Assembly: GCF_038871235.1 (NCBI RefSeq)
Contig: NZ_JAVZIN010000002.1
Coordinates: forward strand, 32,001 to 96,000
DNA length: 64,000 nucleotides
Direction of reading: 5' to 3'
Source: Candidatus Hadarchaeum sp.
GTDB taxonomy: Archaea > Hadarchaeota > Hadarchaeia > Hadarchaeales > Hadarchaeaceae
Below, piece after piece: positions 43,508 through 54,320 of this stretch. Below the pieces are notes generated by a model that saw only the letters and a program-made list of their open reading frames with translations, was not told the DNA's origin and did not search any database. How positions within the stretch are numbered: the first letter of the stretch is position 1; each line of letters begins with the position of its first letter. Made by a program: the position numbers and the translations under genes.

Positions 43508-44696
43508 AATCCAACCCCCTTACCTTTGCAGCTACTTCTGCGTCTTTGTCACCTCGCCCGGAAAGATTCACTACGATTACTCCGCCTCTAAACTTCTTCG
43601 GCATTTTTTTGAGATAGGCAACGGCATGCGCTGATTCGAGCGCAGGAATTATCCCTTCCGACTGTGAAAGAAGTTTAAATGCCTCCATGGCCTCGCTATC
43701 AGTAACGTGATCGTATTTTGCCCGACCCGCTCTCTTTAGAAAAGCGTGCTCCGGTCCCACTCCGGGATAATCCAGACCTGCGGCGATGCTGTGGGTCTGA
43801 CTTATTTGTCCAAACTTGTCCTGCAAAACATACGTAAAGCAACCATGGATCACCCCCTCGGTACCGGCACATAGTGAGGCGGCATGTTGGCCTGTTTCAA
43901 TCCCTTTGCCTCCGGCTTCTACTCCATAAAGGGCTACGGGATCATCAAGAAATTCGTAGAAAATACCAATGGCGTTGCTACCTCCTCCCACGCAGGCAAG
44001 AATCGCATCTGGCAATCTTCCCTCCAGATCAACTATCTGTTTTCTTGTCTCTTTCCCAATAACACGCTGAAAATCTCGTACTATCATGGGATAAGGATGG
44101 GGGCCCACAACCGAGCCAAGTAAATAATGAGTATCTTCTACATTAGCCGACCAGTCACGAAGGGCCTCATTTATCGCATCCTTGAGCGTCCCTGACCCAC
44201 TTTTCACAGGAATCACTTTTGCGCCGAGCATTCGCATTCGAAAGACGTTAAGCCTCTGGCGCTTGACGTCCAACGAACCCATATAGATTTCACATCGAAG
44301 CCCCAGCATGGCCGCGGCCGTGGCCGTGGCAACTCCATGCTGGCCGGCTCCGGTTTCTGCGATGAGTCTGGTTTTACCCATGTATCTGGCAAGAAGCGCT
44401 TGCCCCAGCGTGTTGTTAAGTTTATGCGCTCCAGTACCGAGCAAATCCTCCCTCTTCAGATAAACGTTAAATCCATATATCTGACTCAGTTTTCTAGCAG
44501 GGAAAAGAGGAGTGGGCCGGCCCCCATACTTTTTTAGAAGATCGTGAAGTTCTTGCTGAAAATTTTTATTTTTCTTAATCTTCAGGTAGTACCTCTCGAG
44601 TTCTTCAAGAGCTGGCATCAGCGTCTCCGGTACAAACCTTCCCCCATATGGGCCGAAATATCCATGCTTATCAGGATATCTACCAACGAACTTCAT
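43482..44696 (-). CDS. trpB: Tryptophan synthase beta chain (TrpB1)
   Basis: [48 protein letters not shown]. Confidence 0.97.
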   Translation of the reverse strand: MKFVGRYPDKHGYFGPYGGRFVPETLMPALEELERYYLKIKKNKNFQQELHDLLKKYGGRPTPLFPARKLSQIYGFNVYLKREDLLGTGAHKLNNTLGQALLARYMGKTRLIAETGAGQHGVATATAAAMLGLRCEIYMGSLDVKRQRLNVFRMRMLGAKVIPVKSGSGTLKDAINEALRDWSANVEDTHYLLGSVVGPHPYPMIVRDFQRVIGKETRKQIVDLEGRLPDAILACVGGGSNAIGIFYEFLDDPVALYGVEAGGKGIETGQHAASLCAGTEGVIHGCFTYVLQDKFGQISQTHSIAAGLDYPGVGPEHAFLKRAGRAKYDHVTDSEAMEAFKLLSQSEGIIPALESAHAVAYLKKMPKKFRGGVIVVNLSGRGDKDAEVAAKVRGLDCEQNRSKV

Positions 44697-44752
44697 TCTG
44701 ATTACCCGCACGTAAGAATAAACTGAAAATTACGTGGTTACCCAGCGTGTTC

Positions 44753-45409
44753 TCAGCTCCGTTCGGCTTTCCTCACCGCTTCTAAAAACTCCTGCATGAG
44801 CTTGGGATCCTTTCGTCTTGGACTCGACTCCACTCCTGTAGCTACGTCGACCCCATACGGCCTAACTATTTTTATCGCCTGTGCTACGTTGGTGGGGGTA
44901 AGACCGCCAGCGAGAAAAACTGGCCTTTTCACAACTTTTCTTATGCTGGCGCTCAGGTTCCAGTTGTGAGGGAGGCCAGTTCCCCCTCCAGAGGGCCCTT
45001 CAGTATCTATTAATAGAAAATCGGCGCCTTCTGAGAACAACAAGGCTTTATGGATAATTTCCTCGAAGTTCCCAATCTTTTGAGGAACCGAAACAACCGT
45101 CATCACCCGAGCATCAAGTTCTTTCCTTAATTTAAGAAGTTCTTCTGTTGAGAAAGTAAGTTGGAACTGGAGAATATCCGGTCTTAATTTTTCATAAATA
45201 TTTTTTACATCATCGGCACATCGAGGCAAAAAAACCGCCACTCTCGCGACACCTTGATCGACTTTGTCAAAAATCTTGGAGGCTTGGTCAATATTCACGT
45301 GACGCGAGGATTGTGGGATGAGAATAACTCCCACCATATCAACGCCCAGCCTGCACGCGATTTTTACATCCCCAACTCGAGTGAACCCACAAATTTTAAT
45401 TTTTGTCAT
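44753..45409 (-). CDS. trpF: Phosphoribosylanthranilate isomerase
   Basis: KIKICG, GGTG...NW, LAGGL.P.NV, GVDV.TGVES. Confidence 0.95.
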   Translation of the reverse strand: MTKIKICGFTRVGDVKIACRLGVDMVGVILIPQSSRHVNIDQASKIFDKVDQGVARVAVFLPRCADDVKNIYEKLRPDILQFQLTFSTEELLKLRKELDARVMTVVSVPQKIGNFEEIIHKALLFSEGADFLLIDTEGPSGGGTGLPHNWNLSASIRKVVKRPVFLAGGLTPTNVAQAIKIVRPYGVDVATGVESSPRRKDPKLMQEFLEAVRKAERS

Positions 45410-45412
45410 GTT

Positions 45413-46183
45413 TTACCTCGCGTTCACCAATGATCTAACCTTCTGCTCAATATTTCTAGATGTCATCAACGCTGTGCCCACCAGAACCGCATCCGCTCCA
45501 GCATCAAGCATACTTCTCACGTCAGCTGCTGTGAATATTCCACTCTCGCTCACCAGGGTTACATCTTCAGGTATATCAGGTGCAAGGTCAACTGTACGCT
45601 GCAAATTTACCTTTAAAGTTTCTAAGTCTCTATTATTTATCCCAATTAACTGAGCCCCAGCTAAAACCGCCAACTTGATCTCTCTCTTGTTCGTGACTTC
45701 AACCAAACTTTCCATTCCAAGCTCTTCAGCCAAGAGCATAAAATCGCGCAGGCGGGGGCCAAGCAACTTGACTATTAGCAGTACTACGTCCGCCCCTAGC
45801 CTTGCTGCCTCTAAAATCTGATACTCATCAACGATGAAATTCTTATAGATTAAGGGGACATCAACTTTATTTCGCAACTCACCAAGAAAGATTGGGTCAC
45901 CTTTAAAATATTTGGACTCGGTAATAACGGAAAGCGACACAGCTCCACCACGAACCATTGCATACGCCACCTCGATTACATTTGCTTCCAGTCTGATGTC
46001 TCCTACAGATGGCGAGGCACGTTTTATCTCGGCAATTATTGGTACTCTCTCTGCCTCCTCTATAGCTCCTATCAAGCTTAATCTCTTGACTTTTGGAATT
46101 TTTGAACATAGAATTTGATTGACACGAGCCCTACGCTGCACCTCTTTCCGAACCTCCTGAACTATGTTTGTTAAAAAGTTCAT
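45413..46183 (-). CDS. trpC: Indole-3-glycerol phosphate synthase
   Basis: IAEIKRASPS, GINNRDL, VSESGI, VLVGT. Confidence 0.95.
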   Translation of the reverse strand: MNFLTNIVQEVRKEVQRRARVNQILCSKIPKVKRLSLIGAIEEAERVPIIAEIKRASPSVGDIRLEANVIEVAYAMVRGGAVSLSVITESKYFKGDPIFLGELRNKVDVPLIYKNFIVDEYQILEAARLGADVVLLIVKLLGPRLRDFMLLAEELGMESLVEVTNKREIKLAVLAGAQLIGINNRDLETLKVNLQRTVDLAPDIPEDVTLVSESGIFTAADVRSMLDAGADAVLVGTALMTSRNIEQKVRSLVNAR

Positions 46184-47235
46184 TAAACAGCCTCCAATCT
46201 TTCTAACTTTTGAAGATCGCCTCCAGTTGCTTTTATTAATTGCAACATCTTTTCATAGGCTCGTCCGGAATCAATGGAGTCTTCGGCGATGGCCACCGCT
46301 TCACGTAAGTTATCAGCTTTACCTGCAACCACTATTGCCGCAGCCGCGTTCAAAAGCACGATTTCTCTCTTTGGCCCTCGTTCTCCTTTTAGAACCTCCA
46401 ATAAGATACGCGCGTTTTTCTCAACGTCGCCACCAACTATTGAATCTGGATCTACGCGAGGTATTCCAAATTGTTCTGGATAAACCGTGTAAGTCGCAAT
46501 TTCGCCATCGATAAGTTCTGATATTTGCGTTCCACCCAATATCGATATTTCATCTAAACCATCAAGCCCATGAACAACCATCGCCCGTTTGCATCCAAGC
46601 TTTTCGAGTATGCATGCCATTTTTTCCGTTAAAACCGCATCAAAAGTTCCAACAACTTGTGCTTGAGCGCCAGCGGGATTTGTCAGTGGACCCAAAAGGT
46701 TAAAAACAGTCGGGATTTTTATCTCCCTTCTAGGTCTCATCACATGCTTCATCGCTCTATGGAAACTTGGAGCAAACATGAAACCTAAGCCTATTCTCTC
46801 GATACAGCGCTCAACCTCCTGAGGCGGTAAATCTATTTTCACACCGATCGACTCAATTACATCCGCACTTCCCGATTTGCTTGTCTGTGACCTGTTACCG
46901 TGTTTTGCTATAACCACGCCTGCCCCTGCAGCGACAAACATTGCGACGGTGCTAACATTGAACGTTTTTATCTTATCTCCTCCAGTTCCGCAGATATCGA
47001 CCAGCAACCCATTGACTCTCGGATTTATCCTTATAGCAAATCGACGCATCGCGCTCGCAAAAGCGGCAATCTCCTCCGCAGTTTCTCCCTTCATTCTGAG
47101 CGCTGTGAGAACGGACCCTATCTGTGCCTCAGTTGCCTCGCCAAACATTATTTCTTTCATTGCTTCCTCTGCTTCATGCCAAGTAAGATCTCTATATTGA
47201 ACCAGCTTTTTAATCGCATCTTGAACCGAGTTCAA
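46183..47235 (-). CDS. trpD: Anthranilate phosphoribosyltransferase
   Basis: CGTGGD, NVST, KHGNRS, SGSAD, NLLGPLTNP, DGLDE. Confidence 0.96.
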   Translation of the reverse strand: MNSVQDAIKKLVQYRDLTWHEAEEAMKEIMFGEATEAQIGSVLTALRMKGETAEEIAAFASAMRRFAIRINPRVNGLLVDICGTGGDKIKTFNVSTVAMFVAAGAGVVIAKHGNRSQTSKSGSADVIESIGVKIDLPPQEVERCIERIGLGFMFAPSFHRAMKHVMRPRREIKIPTVFNLLGPLTNPAGAQAQVVGTFDAVLTEKMACILEKLGCKRAMVVHGLDGLDEISILGGTQISELIDGEIATYTVYPEQFGIPRVDPDSIVGGDVEKNARILLEVLKGERGPKREIVLLNAAAAIVVAGKADNLREAVAIAEDSIDSGRAYEKMLQLIKATGGDLQKLERLEAV

Positions 47236-47807
47236 AACAGTCCCTCCGTAAAATTTTTAATCAACGTTTTGCCATGCTTTGTGAGAATAGATTCTGGATG
47301 AAATTGAACCCCAAAGATCGGCAATTTCCGGTGCTGAAGCCCCATTATTTCTTTATCTTGGTCAAGCGTCACCGCGGTCACGCGCAAACAACTTGGCAAA
47401 CTTGCTTGATTAACTGCAAGTGAGTGATAACGAGTTGCTTCGAAAGGGCTTGGAATGCCCCGAAAAAGTACGCTTCCATTATGTATGATTTGAGACACTT
47501 TACCATGCATAAGCATTTTCGCGTGCACTACTCGCCCACCGAAAGCACAGGCAATCGCTTGATGCCCTAAGCAGACGCCCAAAATAGGAACTTTTTCCCC
47601 AAATCTTTTAATAACCTCAATCGAGATGCCTGCATCCTTTGGTTTACCCGGCCCAGGGGAGATAATAATTCTCTCCGGATCAACGTCGGCAATTCTCTCA
47701 AGTGATACATCGTTCAAGAATACAACTGGCTCTGCACCTAGCTCACCTATATAATGAACTAAGTTGTAGGTGAAGCTATCATAATTATCAATAACTACAA
47801 CTTTCAT
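47232..47807 (-). CDS. trpG: Anthranilate synthase component II
   Basis: IDNYDSFTYN, SPGPG.P, GVCLGHQ, RYHSL, QFHPES. Confidence 0.96.
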   Translation of the reverse strand: MKVVVIDNYDSFTYNLVHYIGELGAEPVVFLNDVSLERIADVDPERIIISPGPGKPKDAGISIEVIKRFGEKVPILGVCLGHQAIACAFGGRVVHAKMLMHGKVSQIIHNGSVLFRGIPSPFEATRYHSLAVNQASLPSCLRVTAVTLDQDKEIMGLQHRKLPIFGVQFHPESILTKHGKTLIKNFTEGLF

Positions 47808-47824
47808 CCTAACCTCACCTCGTT

Positions 47825-49306
47825 TTAACCACTTCTCAGCCCAGCCGCCATAAGCAACGCCCGCGCCTTATTTTCTGTCTCATAATACTCCTTCCACGGT
47901 ACAGAGTCAGCGACTATCCCTGCGCCGACCTGCACGTAAGCTTTTGACTTCTCACACACCAATGTCCGTATAGTTATCGCAAAATCTGCATCTCCTATGT
48001 AGCTGAAAGTTCCGATTGCTCCTGCGTAAATACCTCTTCTCACTGGCTCAAGTTCCTCTATTATCTCCATTGCTCTCAATTTCGGTGCTCCAGTCACCGT
48101 GCCCGCAGGAAAAGCCGCCCGGAAAGCATCTAGCGCATCGGCATCTTCCCGTAGTTCCCCCTCTATATTTGACACCAGATGCTGAACCTGACTATATTTC
48201 TCCACTTTCATGAAACTCGTTACTTTAATTGAACCAAACTTAGAGACCCGACCCAAATCGTTTCTGCCAAGATCAACCAACATGGTGTGCTCCGCTCGCT
48301 CTTTTTCATCAGCGCACAGGTCCTGTTCCATAGCATCATCGTCTTCTCTATCCGTCCCCCGTCGCCTAGTACCAGCGATGGGGCGGGTTATCACCTTGCG
48401 GCCACATACTCTTAACAAGATCTCTGGGCTGGAACCAACGATACAACGCTCGGGAAAATCTAAGAAAAACATATAGGGCGATGGGTTGATTTTTCTTAAA
48501 TTGAGAAAGAAATGCTCTAAAGGCGGTGGAGAATTAAACTCAATTCTTCTTGAAAGAACTACCTGAATTATGTCTCCACTGCGGATATACTCCTTCGCGC
48601 GATTAACTTGTCTTTCATATTCTTCCCGAGTGAAATTTGATCTGATCGAAATGGGGCCAAGATTTTCAATTTTAGGGTCGTTTTCTTTTATTGTAACTAA
48701 ATCCTCCAACTTTGACTTGGCTCGCGCAAATGCTAACTGCGGATCCGATGTATCTGACAACGCCAACAAGGAACAATAGTGGGTTTTATGTGCGAAATGA
48801 TCGATTATCACCATTCGCTCCGGCAACATGAGTTCAAGTTGAGGTTGTTTCAAATCATCCGCCGCGTTCATTCCTACGTTAAACATAGTTCTAACATAAT
48901 CATAGCTAATGTACCCAACTATCCCCAACATATACCGCGAAGCGCCCTTCGGAAATCTCATTTTTTTCAGCAACATTATCCGCTCAAAAATTTTCAGAGG
49001 ATCTTCATTCTCACGTATTGGAAAGCGCCTCACCATATCAACAAAATCCTGCCGGCCCAAAATCTGACATTTGCCCGTCTTGACCTTTAGATAAAGCAAT
49101 GGATCGCACCCTAACACGGAATAACGTGATATCTCGCCTTGTCCTCTTGCCGACTCCAACAAATAGGAAAGTGATGACCTGCGTCTCAGGCCAAAGTAAA
49201 GCTTTGCCGGGTCAGGGCATTTATCGGCTGTGTACACTAATGGAAGCAGACCAGGCCGATCAATTTCTTCCGCCAGTTTCAACCCATTTCGGTAGTTAAT
49301 CTCCAA
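47825..49306 (-). CDS. trpE: Anthranilate synthase component I
   Basis: LLES, NPSPYM, SSPE, PIAGTR, EH.MLVDL.RND, PAGTVTGAPK, GAGIV. Confidence 0.95.
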   Translation of the reverse strand: MEINYRNGLKLAEEIDRPGLLPLVYTADKCPDPAKLYFGLRRRSSLSYLLESARGQGEISRYSVLGCDPLLYLKVKTGKCQILGRQDFVDMVRRFPIRENEDPLKIFERIMLLKKMRFPKGASRYMLGIVGYISYDYVRTMFNVGMNAADDLKQPQLELMLPERMVIIDHFAHKTHYCSLLALSDTSDPQLAFARAKSKLEDLVTIKENDPKIENLGPISIRSNFTREEYERQVNRAKEYIRSGDIIQVVLSRRIEFNSPPPLEHFFLNLRKINPSPYMFFLDFPERCIVGSSPEILLRVCGRKVITRPIAGTRRRGTDREDDDAMEQDLCADEKERAEHTMLVDLGRNDLGRVSKFGSIKVTSFMKVEKYSQVQHLVSNIEGELREDADALDAFRAAFPAGTVTGAPKLRAMEIIEELEPVRRGIYAGAIGTFSYIGDADFAITIRTLVCEKSKAYVQVGAGIVADSVPWKEYYETENKARALLMAAGLRSG

Positions 49307-49332
49307 TTTCTCAACCGCGTTTTTTTCTATTT

Positions 49333-49368
49333 TGTACTATTTAAGACTTTAGTGTACAATTTTGTTCA
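49333..49368. promoter_or_regulatory. TRP-box-like operator: TGTACT(49333) and TGTACA-N4-TGTTCA (49353-49368)
   Basis: Matches the TGTACA consensus and 4-bp spacing of TrpY operators; lies directly upstream of trpE. Confidence 0.6.
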
Positions 49369-49464
49369 AAATACAAAAGAATGATTTTTCTTATATAAAA
49401 AGGTTGCCCCCAACAATCAGCTGAAAACTTGGGGGGTGAAAATATAGCAAAAAATTTTGGAAAA

Positions 49465-49728
49465 ATGGAACCAACTAAGGAAATTTCAACACTGAGGATC
49501 GTGGCCAAGCGTGAAGACAGAGAACCCTATACAGTGAATATTCCGGTCAAGGGGGACGTTTTCTCCTTAGTATTACCGAGCGGCTATATAAACTGGCCTG
49601 AAGGTAAGCCCTATCCTGACTCAATTAAAATAGCTATCGACGACGACCGGAGCCTTTGGGTTAACTTCGGCGTTTCCAAGGAATATGGTTTTTACACATC
49701 GCTGAGAATTGGAAAAGCCAGCGAGTAA
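49465..49728 (+). CDS. Hypothetical small protein divergent from trpE
   Basis: Fills an otherwise empty gap; beta-rich, protein-like composition; start at 49429 or 49465. Confidence 0.55.
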   Translation: MEPTKEISTLRIVAKREDREPYTVNIPVKGDVFSLVLPSGYINWPEGKPYPDSIKIAIDDDRSLWVNFGVSKEYGFYTSLRIGKASE

Positions 49729-49762
49729 AAATACAGACACCATTTGATTTCAAGACCAACCG

Positions 49763-51313
49763 CTATTTCCTGCCGGCAAAATATCTGTTGATACCATTGA
49801 CCATGGCCTCGACACTGGCTAACACAACATCCTCACGAACACCCTTTGCTCTGTAGAGATTACCCTGTTCATCTTCAAGCTCAACCGTCACCTCGGCAAG
49901 TGCATCGCTTCCGCCGGTTATCGCGTCAAGATGGTACTTCTTTAACCTGAGCTTTGAAATTTCACCCATCGCTGCCCTAATTGCCGCTATCGCTGCATCG
50001 ACTGGGCCCACCCCGATCGCAGAACTTACCCTATCCTCACCACGAATGCTCAAACGTACCGAAGCTGTTGGGGTGATGGTGCTGCCTGTCGTGACCGTGA
50101 CCTCCTTTAACTCAACTATTTTCTCTTCCTTTGGCAACGCACCGATTACGCTTTCGGCAATTACCCGCAGATCGGCATCAGTAACCTGCTTACCCTTATC
50201 TCCCAGTGCCTTGACCTGACGCGTGATCTCAATGAGCTGCCGTTTGTTGGCCTTTACTCCTATGCTACGCAGTTGCTTTTCAACGGAATGTCTGCCTGTG
50301 AGCTTGCCGAGTTCCAAACGGCGGTGGTGACCGACCAGTTCTGGAGAGAAAGGCTCATAGGTACCCGGGAACTCTATGACTCCGTGAGCGTGAATTCCAG
50401 AAACGTGCGCAAAGGCATTATCGCCAACGATGGCCTTATTGGGCGGCACAGAGATGCCCGTGATACGTTCAACTAAATCTGAGGTCTCTGTGAGCAACTC
50501 TGTTTTAATGCGCAATTTTATGCCGTATAGCGTCTTGAGTGCCATAACGATTTCCTCCAACGAAGCGTTGCCAGCCCGCTCGCCTAAACCATTCACTGTC
50601 ACCTGAACCTGTTGGGCCCCTGCTTCCACAGCAGCAAGGGAATTAGCCACCGCCAATCCAAGATCATCATGGCAGTGTACACTTATTGGCACATTTATGT
50701 GCGGCTTGAGTTGTGATATAAGATAATACATGGCGCGAGGAGTTATCGCGCCGATAGTGTCCGGTACATTAATTCTGTCCGCGCCCGCCTCAATGACGGC
50801 TTTATAAGTCTCCCTCAGAAATTCTAGATCCGTCCGAGTAGCGTCCATCGCCGAAAATTCAACTTTGACTCCATGATCCTTAGCATATTCTACAAACTTC
50901 ACCGCCTGTCTCACCACTTGTTCGCGCGACATCTTTAGCGCGTGTTTGAGGTGAAGATCCGATGTGCTGATGAAAATGTGGACGCAGTCAACGCCGCAGT
51001 TGATTGCGGCGTCAACGTCCTCCTTGAGCGGCCGCGCCAGCGCACATATCTCCGCCTTTAGCCCCGCCTTAGCTATTGCAGCAACTGCCTTACGTTCCCC
51101 ATCTGAAGAAACCGGTGTTCCGGCCTCAATCGTGTCAACGCCGAGCCGATCCAGCTGACGGGCGATGAGCATTTTTTGATCGGGAGTAAAGGAAACACCC
51201 GGGGTCTGATCACCATCCCTAAGTGTGGTATCGAAAATCCTGACCTTCTTGGGCAACCTGATCTCGCGATTGACCAGTCTCGCGTAGTCACTTATGAAAA
51301 CGTTTTTCTGCAT
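49763..51313 (-). CDS. leuA: 2-isopropylmalate synthase-like (DRE-TIM) with atypical active-site residues
   Basis: DTTLRDG, HCHDD.G.A, GERAGN, C-terminal regulatory domain (GVGPVDA). Confidence 0.8.
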   Translation of the reverse strand: MQKNVFISDYARLVNREIRLPKKVRIFDTTLRDGDQTPGVSFTPDQKMLIARQLDRLGVDTIEAGTPVSSDGERKAVAAIAKAGLKAEICALARPLKEDVDAAINCGVDCVHIFISTSDLHLKHALKMSREQVVRQAVKFVEYAKDHGVKVEFSAMDATRTDLEFLRETYKAVIEAGADRINVPDTIGAITPRAMYYLISQLKPHINVPISVHCHDDLGLAVANSLAAVEAGAQQVQVTVNGLGERAGNASLEEIVMALKTLYGIKLRIKTELLTETSDLVERITGISVPPNKAIVGDNAFAHVSGIHAHGVIEFPGTYEPFSPELVGHHRRLELGKLTGRHSVEKQLRSIGVKANKRQLIEITRQVKALGDKGKQVTDADLRVIAESVIGALPKEEKIVELKEVTVTTGSTITPTASVRLSIRGEDRVSSAIGVGPVDAAIAAIRAAMGEISKLRLKKYHLDAITGGSDALAEVTVELEDEQGNLYRAKGVREDVVLASVEAMVNGINRYFAGRK

Positions 51314-51381
51314 TTGAACCACCATCAATTACTTTAGCCATTAATATAATGTTCACCTATATAGCAAAAGGGGACCCCGAT

Positions 51382-52884
51382 ATGGCGAGGCGCAGGATAA
51401 AGGTACTGGATACAACCCTGAGGGACGGAGAACAAACGCCAGGAGTAGCGCTGACTCCAGAACAAAAATTAGAAATAGCAAGAGCCCTCGATGATCTGGG
51501 CGTGGACATCTTGGAAGCTGGAGCTGCAATATCATCAGAAGGAGAAAGAAAAGCCATAAAGATGATTTCAAGGGCGGGATTAAATGCTGAAATATGCAGC
51601 TTCGTCAGGGCCGCCAAGGAAGATATCGACGCTGCGCTTGCCTGCGACGTCGACAGCGTCCACATGGTTGTCCCAACCTCTGACATTCATCTGAAATACA
51701 AGTTAAAGAAAACGAAAAAAGAAGTCAAGGAAATGGCCCTAAATGCAGCCCGGTACGCGCTTGACCATGGATTGATAGTTGAATTCTCTTCCGAGGACGC
51801 GAGCAGAACTGAACCATCGTTTTTGTTGGATATTCTCTCTGCGGCGGTTGAGGAGGGGGTCCAGAGGGTCTGCATATGCGACACGGTTGGAGTTTTAACT
51901 TATGAAAAATCACGAGAACTTTTTTCGAACCTAACTGCAAAACTGAAGGTGCCTGTTTCCGCCCATTGCCACAATGACTTTGGCATGGCCACGGCGAATA
52001 CCGTGGCCGCTGTAATGGGTGGGGCCAGCGAAGTTCACGTAACCATCAATGGCTTGGGCGAAAGAGGTGGAAACGCGGCGTTGGAAGAAGTAGTTCTCGC
52101 CCTTTCACAATTCTACGATATCTCTACTGGAATCAAGCTGAAACTACTCTACAGTGTTTCCAATTTGGTCGAAAAAATCACCGGTATGCCGGTCTCGCCG
52201 ACAAAACCGATTGTAGGTGAAAATGCGTTTACCCATGGGGCCGGAATCCACACCCATGGTGTACTTGCCGAACCATCAACATACGAACCGATACCGCCAG
52301 AGCTGGTGGGCCAACATCGCAGGCTGGTCTTCGGAAAGCTATCCGGATCTCACGCGATTGAAAGCGAGCTGAAGAAGATGGGTCTTAAGCCCACTAAAAA
52401 ACAGATCGAAGAGATATTCAACCAAGTGAAACAGCTAGGTGATCGTGGCAAAATAGTCACCGACACCGAACTTCGGGCCATTGTAGACTCGGTCCTAGGA
52501 CGAGGATTCAAGGAAACCCTCAAGCTCGAAGAACTTACTGTGGTGAGCGGAAACCGCGTCACTCCCACCTCCTCCGTCAGAATAAAGTTTGGCGATAAGG
52601 AGTTCGTCGAATCGGGGGTGGGTATTGGACCAGTGGACGCAGCCATGAACGCCATTAGGAAAGTGGTGGAGGGAACTGCCAATGTGAGGCTGGTGGAGTA
52701 TCACGTCGATGCCATCTCCGGAGGCACCGACGCCATGGTAAGTGTAGTGGTAAAGCTAACGGACGGTAAGAGGATGGTCACCGCGAGAGGTACTAGTGGG
52801 GACATCATCATGGCTAGCGTTCAAGCTATGCTTAATGGCGTCAACCGCCTATTATGGGACAAGCAGCTGAGGGTGAAAGAATGA
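51382..52884 (+). CDS. cimA: (R)-citramalate synthase
   Basis: [35 protein letters not shown], typical of MJ1392-type CimA. Confidence 0.8.
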   Translation: MARRRIKVLDTTLRDGEQTPGVALTPEQKLEIARALDDLGVDILEAGAAISSEGERKAIKMISRAGLNAEICSFVRAAKEDIDAALACDVDSVHMVVPTSDIHLKYKLKKTKKEVKEMALNAARYALDHGLIVEFSSEDASRTEPSFLLDILSAAVEEGVQRVCICDTVGVLTYEKSRELFSNLTAKLKVPVSAHCHNDFGMATANTVAAVMGGASEVHVTINGLGERGGNAALEEVVLALSQFYDISTGIKLKLLYSVSNLVEKITGMPVSPTKPIVGENAFTHGAGIHTHGVLAEPSTYEPIPPELVGQHRRLVFGKLSGSHAIESELKKMGLKPTKKQIEEIFNQVKQLGDRGKIVTDTELRAIVDSVLGRGFKETLKLEELTVVSGNRVTPTSSVRIKFGDKEFVESGVGIGPVDAAMNAIRKVVEGTANVRLVEYHVDAISGGTDAMVSVVVKLTDGKRMVTARGTSGDIIMASVQAMLNGVNRLLWDKQLRVKE

Positions 52885-53177
52885 CGACTCAACCGAACAA
52901 CGAAGAACTTGAACGAGTGAGAATGCCGAGAACCGGCGAAGTCCTTGGTGTGGTGGAGCAGATGTATGGATTTGACCGCCTTCGGGTACGTTGCCGGGAC
53001 GGCTTCACGAGGAACTGCAGAATCCCTGGGAGAATCCGCAAACGCCTGTGGGTCCGAGAAGGTGATGTCGTCATCGTCCGCCCGTGGGCCGTCCAAGGGA
53101 AAGAAAAAGGTGACATCATTCACCGCTATACTGCCGCTCAGCTTGACGCCTTGAGAAGAAAAGGTCTTTGGGAATAG
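52881..53177 (+). CDS. eif1a: Translation initiation factor aIF-1A
   Basis: [32 protein letters not shown]. Confidence 0.95.
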   Translation: MTTQPNNEELERVRMPRTGEVLGVVEQMYGFDRLRVRCRDGFTRNCRIPGRIRKRLWVREGDVVIVRPWAVQGKEKGDIIHRYTAAQLDALRRKGLWE

Positions 53178-53186
53178 GCTGGTAAT

Positions 53187-53951
53187 TTGGAAGAGGATTT
53201 TGAGTCCATTCTATCCAAACTCGATCGAAAAAAGATTGAGCGACTGGAAAAAGACTCAGAAATATACAAGATAATGGCCCGTGTCTTTGACACGTCGACC
53301 TTGCTCACCCTTTACCGCCTCATCAATCGTGGAGTCTTCGATGTCTTTTATGGGAACATCTCCGCTGGAAAGGAGGCAAACATTTACTGCGCGCTGGATA
53401 AAAATGGAAACTACGTAGCCGCCAAGATCTACCGTATTGCAACATCGGATTTCAAAAACATGCACCGCTATTTGGTAGGAGACACCCGTTTCAAGCGCGT
53501 TCCTGAGGACCGCCGTGGGATAATCTACACTTGGACCTCCCGGGAGTTCAAAAACTTGCAGCAGGCCTACGCTGCTGGAGTTCCTGTCCCCCGACCAATT
53601 GACCATGAAAAAAACGTGCTAGCAATGGAATTTATCGGTGAAGATGGGGTCCCCTATCCGCTCTTGAAAGACGTGAAACCAAAAAACCCAAAAAAAACTT
53701 TCGAGATATTGGTTGATTCGGTGAAAAAACTTTATCAAGAGGCGGAAATCGTCCACTCTGATCTTAGCGAATACAATGTTATGTTAACGCCCGACCCTGT
53801 TCTGATAGATTTTTCCATGGGCACCGATATTAAAAACCCCATGGCCGAGCAGCTGCTGATGCGCGACATCCAAAACTTGGTCAGATATTTTAGAAAGCTC
53901 GGCATGAAAACTCCCGAGCCATCCGGCATCTTTGCTGAAATTGTTAAATGA
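53187..53951 (+). CDS. rio1: RIO1 serine/threonine kinase
   Basis: S.GKEANIY, KIYR, EF.NL, HSDLSEYN, IDFS. Confidence 0.93.
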   Translation: MEEDFESILSKLDRKKIERLEKDSEIYKIMARVFDTSTLLTLYRLINRGVFDVFYGNISAGKEANIYCALDKNGNYVAAKIYRIATSDFKNMHRYLVGDTRFKRVPEDRRGIIYTWTSREFKNLQQAYAAGVPVPRPIDHEKNVLAMEFIGEDGVPYPLLKDVKPKNPKKTFEILVDSVKKLYQEAEIVHSDLSEYNVMLTPDPVLIDFSMGTDIKNPMAEQLLMRDIQNLVRYFRKLGMKTPEPSGIFAEIVK

Positions 53952-53963
53952 ATGTGTTTTCGA

Positions 53964-54272
53964 TCAGGTTTTTAGCTCTATAGCTATAGAGACTTCCTCA
54001 GGCACCTGAACCCTCATGATCTGACGCAAGGCACGCTCATCAGCTTGCATGTCAATCAATCGTTTGTGGATCCGGAGTTCCCACCGGTCCCAAGTAATGG
54101 TCCCCTCACCGTCCGGTGCTTTTTTGGTTGGAATCACTATTCTACGTGTGGGTAATGGTACTGGACCTGAGATTTTAACGCCGACCCTCTCAGCTATACC
54201 CAATATCTGCTTGCACACTTCCTCCAGCTTCTTAGGATCCACGCTGGCCAGCCTTATGCGTGCCTTCTGCAA
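53964..54272 (-). CDS. rps10: 30S ribosomal protein S10
   Basis: [25 protein letters not shown]. Confidence 0.96.
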   Translation of the reverse strand: MQKARIRLASVDPKKLEEVCKQILGIAERVGVKISGPVPLPTRRIVIPTKKAPDGEGTITWDRWELRIHKRLIDMQADERALRQIMRVQVPEEVSIAIELKT

Positions 54273-54320
54273 ACTGACCCCTCTACCCTAAAAGACGCAG
54301 GAGCCTATAAAAGATTTGGT

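Noticed and set aside
44697-44752. CACGTAA..TTACGTG inverted repeat between trpF and trpB as an attenuator
   Set aside because: Short stem, no leader peptide or Trp codons; insufficient support.
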